Source of the DNA: a virus
Length of the DNA stretch: 64,000 nucleotides
Virus record (IMG/VR): IMGVR_UViG_3300023296_001674
Strand: one strand, 5' to 3'
Under the pieces are notes generated by a model. It was not told the DNA's origin, did no database searches, and worked only from the letters and a program-made list of their open reading frames with translations. Made by a program: the position numbers and the translations under genes. The first letter of the stretch is position 1. Every line of letters begins with the position of its first letter. Positions 1 through 8,367 of this stretch are shown here, piece after piece.

Positions 1-144
1 ATATTTGAAAAAGATGACCCTATCACTGCCGCTAAAAAAGTTCATTTTGGTTTATTGGCAGATGATGACGATATAATGAGTTATAATAATCCAATGGGTA
101 TGGTATTTGGTGGTGAAAACCCTATCAAAAAAGAAGGAACGTAA
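1..144 (+). CDS. 3' end of an upstream gene (partial, hypothetical)
   Basis: Open frame entering the window, ends at TAA 142-144. Confidence 0.3.
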   Translation: MFEKDDPITAAKKVHFGLLADDDDIMSYNNPMGMVFGGENPIKKEGT

Positions 145-272
145 TATGAGCATTGATATCACTCTCAATCCTGGTTATGATGGTTGGGGATACACCGATG
201 TTCAGGCTATATATCACGACAGCCGCGAATTAAGTATTGTTCATACAGTTGTTTTAAAGTAAGGAGACCATT

Positions 273-677
273 ATGGGCGCTGAATCTATACTAATAATGT
301 TATTCGTTACTAAACATTTAATCTTTGATTGGTGGTTGCAACCAGCATGGATGGCATTTGAGAAACACGATATGCGTAAGAAAGGCGGATACATCCACGC
401 AGCGTTAAATGTTGTAGGAACTGGTGCAGCATTAATGATGTTTTTAGTTGTTATGGCTCATTTTGATATTACATATACACTTGTAGCAGATAACATTATA
501 CATTGGTTTCTATTAGGCGAGTTCGTATCACATTATCTAATGGATTTTGTGAAGATGAATGTCAACCGTAAGATGGGTTGGAAGTGCAACGAACATCAAG
601 CATTTTGGAACTGGACAGGATTTGACCAATGGTTTCATATTATGTATCTCGTATTCATGGCAGGTATGATAGTATGA
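273..677 (+). CDS. small integral membrane protein (about 4 hydrophobic segments)
   Basis: ORF with GGAG RBS; hydrophobic stretches in the translation. Confidence 0.55.
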   Translation: MGAESILIMLFVTKHLIFDWWLQPAWMAFEKHDMRKKGGYIHAALNVVGTGAALMMFLVVMAHFDITYTLVADNIIHWFLLGEFVSHYLMDFVKMNVNRKMGWKCNEHQAFWNWTGFDQWFHIMYLVFMAGMIV

Positions 678-1174
678 TTTTAGATTGGGAAAGTAAAATA
701 AATGAAGTATGCACTAAACTTGGCATCGATCCAGAAATATATTCAGAAACTGAAGACTTGCAAGAATGGATGGCAAAGCATTTGGGATTTGAAGACTATG
801 CTACATTTGCAGCATTGCCGTCGCCATATGAAATCATAAACAAGAAAGCATTTCCAATGCTTCCGGCACACAAAAGTTATGAATATCCACTTATGATGGT
901 TTCAATTGATTTAATAATACATGATTTATTATTATTAAATGATATTGAGCAAATTGAATTTGAGTGTCAAAATTTCTTAAAATATATCATGGATAATTTT
1001 TCCACTGAAATTCAAATTGTATCATTGAGAACAATGTTCTTTACCAAAAGCAAAGATTTGCACATCGATAAACGAAGAATTCTATTTAATGCAATAAAAA
1101 ACTCTATACAATGGAATATAATTTCTAAAAAACATAATGATTTAGTATTAAATATGAACGGAATTGCTTTGTAA
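674..1174 (+). CDS. hypothetical protein
   Basis: ATGA start/stop overlap with the upstream gene; uninterrupted frame. Confidence 0.5.
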   Translation: MILDWESKINEVCTKLGIDPEIYSETEDLQEWMAKHLGFEDYATFAALPSPYEIINKKAFPMLPAHKSYEYPLMMVSIDLIIHDLLLLNDIEQIEFECQNFLKYIMDNFSTEIQIVSLRTMFFTKSKDLHIDKRRILFNAIKNSIQWNIISKKHNDLVLNMNGIAL

Positions 1175-1177
1175 ATA

Positions 1178-1753
1178 ATGAAAGAATTTGAAGAAATATC
1201 ACTAAAAGATATATCACAGGGCATAACACCAGACGGTGATATGTCATTAGAACAACTAACTGCAATTACTCGTAATATTTCAGGATATGATATCACCGAT
1301 TTATACAAATATTCCAAATTTAAAAACGTTTGTCGTCGTGGGTTAAAGGACGATAAATCAGAATTAGACGAATTTATGTGGGAAGATTTTACAACATATA
1401 TTGAAAATAGTAGAATGATGGTGTATGATACTATGATAGAGAATGGGGTTAACGAATGTGAATCATATTTCTTATCATTGAAGTTTTTATGGAGTGCGTT
1501 ACGAAAATTCAGAGGAAAATTCTTCACTGGTGTGAACAGTAGATTAGAATACGACAAGATGCCATTAAAGATTGCCATTAATCATTTAATGCATGTTAGA
1601 CTAAAAAATATAATGGCAACCGATAGCTATAAGTATAGCGCAAAAGCAGCGAACGGATCACTGGGGCAATTTAGAAAGGAAGCAGCATGGGAAGTATCAC
1701 GTTATCTAGCAGAAGAGACTGGCACAATTTTTCACGCAAAAATAACATTATAG
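1178..1753 (+). CDS. hypothetical protein
   Basis: 191-aa ORF packed tightly against neighbours, ends in TAG. Confidence 0.55.
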   Translation: MKEFEEISLKDISQGITPDGDMSLEQLTAITRNISGYDITDLYKYSKFKNVCRRGLKDDKSELDEFMWEDFTTYIENSRMMVYDTMIENGVNECESYFLSLKFLWSALRKFRGKFFTGVNSRLEYDKMPLKIAINHLMHVRLKNIMATDSYKYSAKAANGSLGQFRKEAAWEVSRYLAEETGTIFHAKITL

Positions 1754-1767
1754 GGAGTAGCAGCACA

Positions 1768-1959
1768 ATGCAATCAAAGCAATATACGTTTTCTATACTT
1801 AAAAATGAATCACGTGTAAATTCATCCGAACTATTAAAATGGATCAATGTGGTGGTTAAAGATAACTGGACTAAAAAAGATTACAAAACCAAAACTGTGT
1901 ATACATTTAATGATCCGAATGATGCACTTAAATTCAAGATGCGCTGGACGTTTGCATAA
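1768..1959 (+). CDS. small protein, member of the C-terminal AFKLRW-like family (ends ALKFKMRW)
   Basis: RBS GGGAG before the internal ATG; C-terminal motif shared with at least 7 other small ORFs. Confidence 0.5.
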   Translation: MQSKQYTFSILKNESRVNSSELLKWINVVVKDNWTKKDYKTKTVYTFNDPNDALKFKMRWTFA

Positions 1960-1963
1960 TCAC

Positions 1964-1991
1964 TTGACATTCATATGAGATATGGTATTAT
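1964..1991 (+). promoter_or_regulatory. sigma70-like promoter TTGACA-N16-TATTAT
   Basis: cacTTGACAttcatatgagatatggTATTAT upstream of gene 2029. Confidence 0.55.
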
Positions 1992-2028
1992 ATATTATAT
2001 ATTATAATAACTCATGAAAGGAAATATT

Positions 2029-2346
2029 ATGGAAAGCACTCCTAAAAATACCCCTATCACAAAAGAAGAAATCGACAAACTCCGAGAACGATTGGGTCGA
2101 TCCATGTGTGCCGAAGCGTGGAACGTTGAACTCGACGATTATGAAAGACCGGATGACGTTGTCAAAGTAAATGGATTCGAATATCCACGATGGAGAACAA
2201 AAACACATTTGGTTGATGCATTTATCAGTGTTCTTAATGACGATGGATTTATTGTTGTTTCAGATGGTAGAAAATTAGAATTTGATGAAATTATAGGCAA
2301 ATCTGAAGAATTGATAAAGTTGATGAAAGAAGAACTTGGCACTTGA
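2029..2346 (+). CDS. hypothetical protein
   Basis: Start preceded by conserved leader GAAAGGAAATATTATG, seen at several genes. Confidence 0.55.
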   Translation: MESTPKNTPITKEEIDKLRERLGRSMCAEAWNVELDDYERPDDVVKVNGFEYPRWRTKTHLVDAFISVLNDDGFIVVSDGRKLEFDEIIGKSEELIKLMKEELGT

Positions 2347-2370
2347 CATAAACTGCAATTGTGGTATTAT
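2343..2370 (+). promoter_or_regulatory. sigma70-like promoter TTGACA-N16-TATTAT
   Basis: cacTTGACAtaaactgcaattgtggTATTAT. Confidence 0.55.
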
Positions 2371-2402
2371 AATTACAGATTGCAACAGATAAGGACTTCA
2401 AA

Positions 2403-2597
2403 ATGAACACAGTTATTGATATGAACACACGCACAGTAATCAAATCCGTAATGTCAGTTGAAGAAGCAGAGGCCATCGTAGGTGAAGGACTTATGATTGA
2501 CGAACTGAACAGCACCTTGGCTTTGTGTGTTGACGATGCTGAAATTTGTGAAGCATGTGGCGTGCTTATCGATCAAATCACATCGAAGGGAGAATAA
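2403..2597 (+). CDS. small hypothetical protein
   Basis: 64-aa ORF downstream of the promoter. Confidence 0.45.
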   Translation: MNTVIDMNTRTVIKSVMSVEEAEAIVGEGLMIDELNSTLALCVDDAEICEACGVLIDQITSKGE

Positions 2598-2599
2598 TC

Positions 2600-3508
2600 A
2601 TGGGTCGCGAAGTAAAACGGGTTGCATTAGATTTTAGTTGGCCCATCAATAGAACGTGGTATGGTTACGTGAAGCCAGATGATTTATATCCAACCAATTG
2701 TGATACATGTGATGGGACTGGCATGACAGACGATTATAGACAAATCAGTGAATCGTGGTATACACATCTTTGTCCTCCCGGTGAAGAAGGTTGGTCTGAT
2801 AAAATTACACAAGATGAAGTAGATGCCCTTGTTGAAAATAGGAGATTGATGGATTTCACGCATGAGTGGATTACATCTGAAACTGTCATTAAAATATCAA
2901 CCAAAGACGAAGTTATTATTCGTCTTGGTCTTGAGCCAATGGAAGACGATGATGAAGATGTGGATTATGTACAAAATTGGATTGAAAATGGATCGATTGA
3001 GTTATCTGACACTGGTGAGTATACCATCACGAGTGGATGGGTTAGACGTGAAGATCGTTACGTTCCGACTGCTGCCGAAGTAAATGAATGGTCAAAATCT
3101 GGAATGGGTCACGATTCATGCAATCGTTGGATTTGTGCAGAAACACGCGCCAAACGACTTGGCAAGTATGGTCACTGCACAGTGTGTGATGGTGATGGAT
3201 CGATTTTTAAGGATGCAGACCATGAAGCCGCGTATGATGCATGGATGGAACAAGACCCACGAGCGGGTGAAGGCTGGCAATTATGGGAAAACGTGTCAGA
3301 AGGTTCACCGCAAAGCCCCGTGTTTGCAACCAAAGAAGAATTATCAACATGGATGCAAAACAATGGCGATGGCAATAGCGGTGGTTATAGCAAAGAATCT
3401 GCTGACGCATTTATAAATCAAGGTTGGGCACCATCAATGATGATTATCAACGGAACGATGATGACTGGTGTTGATAGCGCTGCTGCATTACAAAAAGATA
3501 CCGTATAA
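2600..3508 (+). CDS. protein with two DnaJ-type CxxCxGxG zinc-finger motifs
   Basis: CDTCDGTG and CTVCDGDG motifs; RBS GGGAGA before ATG 2600. Confidence 0.55.
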   Translation: MGREVKRVALDFSWPINRTWYGYVKPDDLYPTNCDTCDGTGMTDDYRQISESWYTHLCPPGEEGWSDKITQDEVDALVENRRLMDFTHEWITSETVIKISTKDEVIIRLGLEPMEDDDEDVDYVQNWIENGSIELSDTGEYTITSGWVRREDRYVPTAAEVNEWSKSGMGHDSCNRWICAETRAKRLGKYGHCTVCDGDGSIFKDADHEAAYDAWMEQDPRAGEGWQLWENVSEGSPQSPVFATKEELSTWMQNNGDGNSGGYSKESADAFINQGWAPSMMIINGTMMTGVDSAAALQKDTV

Positions 3509-3526
3509 CAAATAGGGAGAAATATA

Positions 3527-3721
3527 ATGTTGGATATTAACGAAACCCGTCAAGATGTTGAAAATAATGAAGGTGCATTGTTTTTCGTTGAAACATCAGA
3601 TAACAACAAATTTCACATTTTCGATAAAGCAACCATTGAATTGGTCGGCAAGGTATTCGCAGAATCGAATACTGAACTAACCAAAAATGTGGACGAAGTT
3701 ATTACATTCGTTGATGTATGA
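3527..3721 (+). CDS. small acidic hypothetical protein
   Basis: ORF with RBS GGGAGA. Confidence 0.4.
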   Translation: MLDINETRQDVENNEGALFFVETSDNNKFHIFDKATIELVGKVFAESNTELTKNVDEVITFVDV

Positions 3722-3744
3722 TGCAAACAAGGGGATATAATATT

Positions 3745-4077
3745 ATGATGAAAATTACACCATGGGCTATTGGATTATTAGTTTTTTCCATTGTAGGTTT
3801 TGTGATTGCCGATTTATGGGGCGTTGAATCACAAAGTGGTTATGCTACAGTAACTCAACATCGATATAATGAAGAATATTCTACATACGACTATGAAACA
3901 ATGACGACTACCTATTATGATGAAGAATTCATTTTGATTTATAAATATGAAAATAATGTTACATCAGATCATGTACGTGAACGCACTTATCATAATTATG
4001 ATGATGGCGACAAAGCAAAAATTGCTTTCAAAATTGGTAAGTTCAGTGATAATTTTTACGCTAGTATAGTTGAATGA
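3745..4077 (+). CDS. membrane-anchored small protein
   Basis: N-terminal hydrophobic helix; RBS AAGGGG. Confidence 0.5.
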   Translation: MMKITPWAIGLLVFSIVGFVIADLWGVESQSGYATVTQHRYNEEYSTYDYETMTTTYYDEEFILIYKYENNVTSDHVRERTYHNYDDGDKAKIAFKIGKFSDNFYASIVE

Positions 4078-4270
4078 TATGAATCGCACCGAAATAAAAA
4101 AAGAACGGAAGCGCATCGACAAAAAAATCGAAGAATATCGAAAAGGTATTCTAATAGCACATGCAGAACTACGTGTTATTGAAATGCAATGCGAGCATCC
4201 TAAAGAATTTAAGACGATGCATCAAGGCGACAGTGGCACTAAATGCCCTGATTGTGGGTATGCCACATGA
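4070..4270 (+). CDS. small zinc-ribbon protein (C-terminal CPDCGY)
   Basis: ATGA overlaps with both neighbours. Confidence 0.4.
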   Translation: MNDMNRTEIKKERKRIDKKIEEYRKGILIAHAELRVIEMQCEHPKEFKTMHQGDSGTKCPDCGYAT

Positions 4271-4698
4271 GCAAACCTACATCATGCGGTGTTATAATCA
4301 CCGACGGCAAAAATATATTGTTGGGTCATTCAACTGGTAATAAACATTGGGATATTCCTAAAGGTCAAATGGATGCCGGTGAAAGTTATAGAGAAGCTGC
4401 GCTACGAGAGTTACACGAAGAAACCGGAATTTTTCTAACAGATGACGATGTAGTGGAAATAGGCGTAATGGATTATACATTGCGAAAAAATCTATATTTG
4501 TGTTATTATAAAACACCAACGTTGCCAGACATCGATACAATTGTGTGTACTTCCATGTGTGAAGTAAAGGGGCGGGTGTTTCCAGAACTTGATAAGTTTG
4601 AATATGTTCCGTTCAGTTACATTCGTACATACACTACCGAAAATATGGCTAACACAATAGGAAATGTATTGACTTCGCATAAAGACATCGTTGAATAA
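4267..4698 (+). CDS. NUDIX hydrolase
   Basis: Perfect Nudix box GQMDAGESYREAALRELHEETGI (GX5EX7REUXEEXGU). Confidence 0.8.
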   Translation: MSKPTSCGVIITDGKNILLGHSTGNKHWDIPKGQMDAGESYREAALRELHEETGIFLTDDDVVEIGVMDYTLRKNLYLCYYKTPTLPDIDTIVCTSMCEVKGRVFPELDKFEYVPFSYIRTYTTENMANTIGNVLTSHKDIVE

Positions 4699-4822
4699 TG
4701 GTCAATATTACCAAACATGGATATTTTCATTTGATTATATCTATGAAAATATTTTATATAACATTATGGTATCGACACACACGATATCATATATGCATTG
4801 GTGATAATTTATAAAAATATAC

Positions 4823-4851
4823 TTGACTATGACGATTAATATGTTATATTA
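4823..4851 (+). promoter_or_regulatory. sigma70-like promoter TTGACT-N17-ATATTA
   Basis: Upstream of the ligase gene. Confidence 0.5.
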
Positions 4852-4882
4852 ATCGTATCAGTTCAATCGTAGGAGATATTAT

Positions 4883-6088
4883 ATGCGCCAAGAATATGCA
4901 ATCGACATCGCAACCAATCCCGGCATTCATGCAATCGGCGTCATCGTCGACGTTTTGACGTTTACAAGCGACCAATATCACAACAGCGAAGACGGCGAAT
5001 CGCATTTAACGGATTCACTGTGGGATAATTTGTATCGGTTCTTACAGGTTACTGATCCAGTTAATAAGTATCTCATTGGCGTAGGCTCTGAAGTGCGCGG
5101 TGGGGCTGGTGTTCCATTGCCATATGTAATGCCTGGTTTAGATCAAGTTCACGAAGGCGATACCGTTAAATGGATTATGACTAATAATCTCATGGGTGCA
5201 ACCATTATCACAATGGATAAGATGGATGGCAACTCTGGACAAATAATTTATGACACCAACGGCAATCTTCAAATGGCATTTAGTCGTGGTTCAAGCACTG
5301 ATGGTCAAGATTTAACACGGCATTTCAAACGCATGAAAAATCTTCCCACTATTAATGTTGGCACCGATCTTCACACCAGTATAGCGGTTCGTGTTGAAGT
5401 TGAAATGAAAGAAGAAGTGTTTAATGATTTGAATGATCGGGGATTGATTAACAAGCGCAGTGGTGAAAAACAGAGTAATGCGAGAAATTACATCGGAGGA
5501 CAAATGAATTCCACCGAAGCAACGCAAATATTTTATGACAACGTTGATGTTATCGCATATGAGATTATGTTTCCGTTGATGGATACAAAAAAAGAAGAAC
5601 TTACCGCACTTGGTCTTTATGGCTTTACGGTTGTTAAATGGTCAGAACACATTGGTGGTACACTTGGTGATGATATGCTAACAGCCGCGCTTGAACAAGC
5701 ACATAAAACAACCCCTTGGGCGATTGATGGGTTTGTTATGATACCAAATGACCGCGCAGTTCGTGATGCAATTCCTGCACGCAAAGGAAGCAGCTTGAAT
5801 CCAGTACATACTAAAAAATTCAAGGTAGGGCAGGACGACAATGTTGCTGGAACGACAGTTATAAAAGTAGAATGGAAAGTATCTAAAGATGGATATTTAA
5901 AACCAACCGTATGCATTGATCCAGTTGATTTGGCAGGCGTTACAATATCAAAAGCAACGGGAATTAACGCTAAATATATATATGATAATAAAATTGGACC
6001 GGGTTCAAAAGTGTCAATAACACGAGCCGGTGATGTTATACCAAGGTTATTATCTAGTTCCCCGATGCCAGAACAAAATATGGACTAG
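4883..6088 (+). CDS. NAD+-dependent DNA ligase, N-terminal fragment (adenylation domain with KMDG lysine motif, plus OB fold)
   Basis: KMDG adenylation motif; OB-fold-like segment ...SITRAGDVIPRL; ends in TAG. Confidence 0.75.
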   Translation: MRQEYAIDIATNPGIHAIGVIVDVLTFTSDQYHNSEDGESHLTDSLWDNLYRFLQVTDPVNKYLIGVGSEVRGGAGVPLPYVMPGLDQVHEGDTVKWIMTNNLMGATIITMDKMDGNSGQIIYDTNGNLQMAFSRGSSTDGQDLTRHFKRMKNLPTINVGTDLHTSIAVRVEVEMKEEVFNDLNDRGLINKRSGEKQSNARNYIGGQMNSTEATQIFYDNVDVIAYEIMFPLMDTKKEELTALGLYGFTVVKWSEHIGGTLGDDMLTAALEQAHKTTPWAIDGFVMIPNDRAVRDAIPARKGSSLNPVHTKKFKVGQDDNVAGTTVIKVEWKVSKDGYLKPTVCIDPVDLAGVTISKATGINAKYIYDNKIGPGSKVSITRAGDVIPRLLSSSPMPEQNMD

Positions 6089-6132
6089 ATTTATCAAATG
6101 GCGACGTCATTCCGCAACTAAAGGAGCAATAA

Positions 6133-6951
6133 ATGAGCACCACTAACGAATATAATGATAATTATGATAAATGGTTTCATTCACAACTCGCTGAATTTGG
6201 CGAATATGAATGGTCTAAACCCAACTCTGATGGAAATCAAGTTGATTTGATTCTTGTTGATGTTGAAAATAGCGATGCTGCTAAAAAACAACAACTTATT
6301 GATTTTTTCTCAAAGTTGGGTGTTGAATTTCTTGCCCAAAAATCATTGATTAAATTATATGATGCAGGATTCAATATGCCGGAAGATATCATTAATGCAA
6401 CCGTTTCTGATATTCAATCAATTGTTGGCGAGGCGAATGGTCGCAAAGGAATGGCAAGCCTGAATGAAAAACTGAATCCAGTTGAACCATGGATGCTTGC
6501 AGGTGTTACCAAATATTTTGGGCGATCAATTGGTCGAAAGAAAATGAAAAAGATTTATGATGCTACTGGACATGTAAATGAAACATCAGTTTCAGAGTTA
6601 ATTAAAATTGATGGCCTCGAAATGAAGAGTGCTGAAAAAATTGTTGCTGGTTATGATGAATATGCTTCCTTCCTTACCCGCATCCATGATAAGTATACCA
6701 TCGCAGAGGTTCAAAATACGCCTATGGGTAGCGATTGGGAGAATCAGGTTGTGACATTCACTGGCTATCGTGATGCGGACGCACAAGCTAAAATCGAAGC
6801 ACAAGGTGGGCGTATTGGTAGCAGTGTATCCAGTAAGACTACATTGGTTGTTACGAAAGACCCTAATTCGACCAGTAGCAAAATTGTAAAAGCGAAAGAT
6901 TTGGGAATTGAAGTTATCGATCCCGTAGAACTTTATTCACGACTTAACTAA
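6133..6951 (+). CDS. NAD+-dependent DNA ligase, C-terminal fragment (HhH plus BRCT domain)
   Basis: BRCT-like VVTFTGYRDADAQAKIEAQGGRIGSSVSSKTTLVVTKDP...; lies in a different reading frame from the upstream part. Confidence 0.7.
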   Translation: MSTTNEYNDNYDKWFHSQLAEFGEYEWSKPNSDGNQVDLILVDVENSDAAKKQQLIDFFSKLGVEFLAQKSLIKLYDAGFNMPEDIINATVSDIQSIVGEANGRKGMASLNEKLNPVEPWMLAGVTKYFGRSIGRKKMKKIYDATGHVNETSVSELIKIDGLEMKSAEKIVAGYDEYASFLTRIHDKYTIAEVQNTPMGSDWENQVVTFTGYRDADAQAKIEAQGGRIGSSVSSKTTLVVTKDPNSTSSKIVKAKDLGIEVIDPVELYSRLN

Positions 6952-6965
6952 AGGAGTACTATATT

Positions 6966-7448
6966 ATGAATATGATTAAAACAACTTTGATTGCACTAAC
7001 GATGATGATTGGTTCCACAGCAGCAATGTCTGAAACTGTTGGTTCAATTAAATTGGCTGGCGGATATGTAACATCATACGCATTAAAAATTCAAGCGTTT
7101 GACGATCCACGCGTTCAAGGAGTTTCATGCCATGTGAGTGATGTAGAGGTCAGTGGAATAACGTTTAATTCTGACCCAAGCAATGCAAGTATTTCGTGTC
7201 GACAAACGGGCCAAATCAAAATACATGGTGCAACTAAAGAACAATGGTGGGGTGATTTGAATGCGGCACCAAACGGCGAAAGTGTGTTTGGTAAAACCAA
7301 AGGATGGAATAAAAGCCTTTCCGTTGTCAGAGTTATTGATAAAAAACGTAAAACTATGGTATATGTTGTATATACACCAAAATGGGGTGAAGATTCTAAG
7401 AAAAATGTTGTATCATCAATTAGCATGTATGCACAGACTAAAAAATAA
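6966..7448 (+). CDS. secreted or periplasmic protein (signal peptide)
   Basis: MNMIKTTLIALTMMIGSTAAMSE signal-like N-terminus. Confidence 0.6.
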   Translation: MNMIKTTLIALTMMIGSTAAMSETVGSIKLAGGYVTSYALKIQAFDDPRVQGVSCHVSDVEVSGITFNSDPSNASISCRQTGQIKIHGATKEQWWGDLNAAPNGESVFGKTKGWNKSLSVVRVIDKKRKTMVYVVYTPKWGEDSKKNVVSSISMYAQTKK

Positions 7449-8023
7449 TGGCTATTCCGACTAAAATATTAGATGTATTAAAACCGAGATTTTCGCTTGA
7501 CGATATTAAAAAGTTGGAATATTCTAATGTATTCGATCAACCAACAGTAAAGGATTATGCTATGATGACACGATATCACGACAATTCAGACAATTATATG
7601 AATGAAGTATTATCACATGTTGATAAGTACGCTAGAGACGAATATCGTCAATTGGATAAAAGCGCCCCTCGGGGAAATAACTTTGGATATCAAGATCACT
7701 CATATAAATCACATACACCAAATGATATCATTTCGGCAATAGCCGAATTTATGCGTCAGCCATCAAACGTAGCGGCGTTGCTTCTCGATGAACGAAACAT
7801 TGATCGTATATTAGATCACTCTTCAAGGACACGAGACAAAATGGATAAACAGCAACGCGACAGCGAAAATAAACGAACTGAACGTGAAACAACTGAAAAA
7901 TATAATGAAGCAGTTGATGTTATTGACGAGTTGGAAGAATTTGGTATAGATAAGTTAGACGAGGAACAACTAGAAATACATGATGAAATGATGGAGATTA
8001 TAAAAAAATACGAATCTTCTTGA
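7448..8023 (+). CDS. hypothetical protein with an acidic, charged C-terminus
   Basis: 191-aa ORF; ATG overlaps the upstream stop codon. Confidence 0.55.
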   Translation: MAIPTKILDVLKPRFSLDDIKKLEYSNVFDQPTVKDYAMMTRYHDNSDNYMNEVLSHVDKYARDEYRQLDKSAPRGNNFGYQDHSYKSHTPNDIISAIAEFMRQPSNVAALLLDERNIDRILDHSSRTRDKMDKQQRDSENKRTERETTEKYNEAVDVIDELEEFGIDKLDEEQLEIHDEMMEIIKKYESS

Positions 8024-8048
8024 CAACCCGAATGTAATGGTATATATT
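8020..8048 (+). promoter_or_regulatory. sigma70-like promoter TTGACA-N17-TATATT
   Basis: The predicted transcript begins directly at repeat unit 1. Confidence 0.55.
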
Positions 8049-8056
8049 ATATAAAC

Positions 8057-8336
8057 GGTGGCTAGGACGCTTCTTCCTTCTATTTTTTTGCATAAAACCT
8101 AGAGGTTCCAATTTCCACCTAAATTTTTATTGACATATTATTATTTTGTGATACTATAAGAACGTGGCAGCTAGGATTTTTCTTCCTTCTTACTCAACTT
8201 GAAAATGAAACTTAGAGAACCCAATTTCTGCCCACCAGATCGAACAGCTAGGAAATTTCTTCCTTCTCACAATGACAGAAGCCTGCCCCATGGGTGGGCT
8301 TCACTTACCAGAATTAGAGGTTTCAATTTCTGTTCA
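8057..8336 (+). repeat. three tandem structured units, each GCTAGGA-TTCTTCCTTCT...TAGAGGNNCCAATTTC, closed by a long-range stem
   Basis: Units at 8057-8119, 8164-8236 and 8241-8336; a second promoter sits at 8130-8157 (TTGACA-N16-TACTAT). Confidence 0.6.
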
Positions 8337-8367
8337 CTTTTAATTGTTTTAACGGAGGTCAAAAACG

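Noticed and set aside
6086-6135. UAG read-through fusing the two ligase ORFs using the CUA tRNA
   Set aside because: Read-through past the TAG hits TAA after 11 codons, and the second ORF is in another frame. The ligase is split or frameshifted, not recoded.
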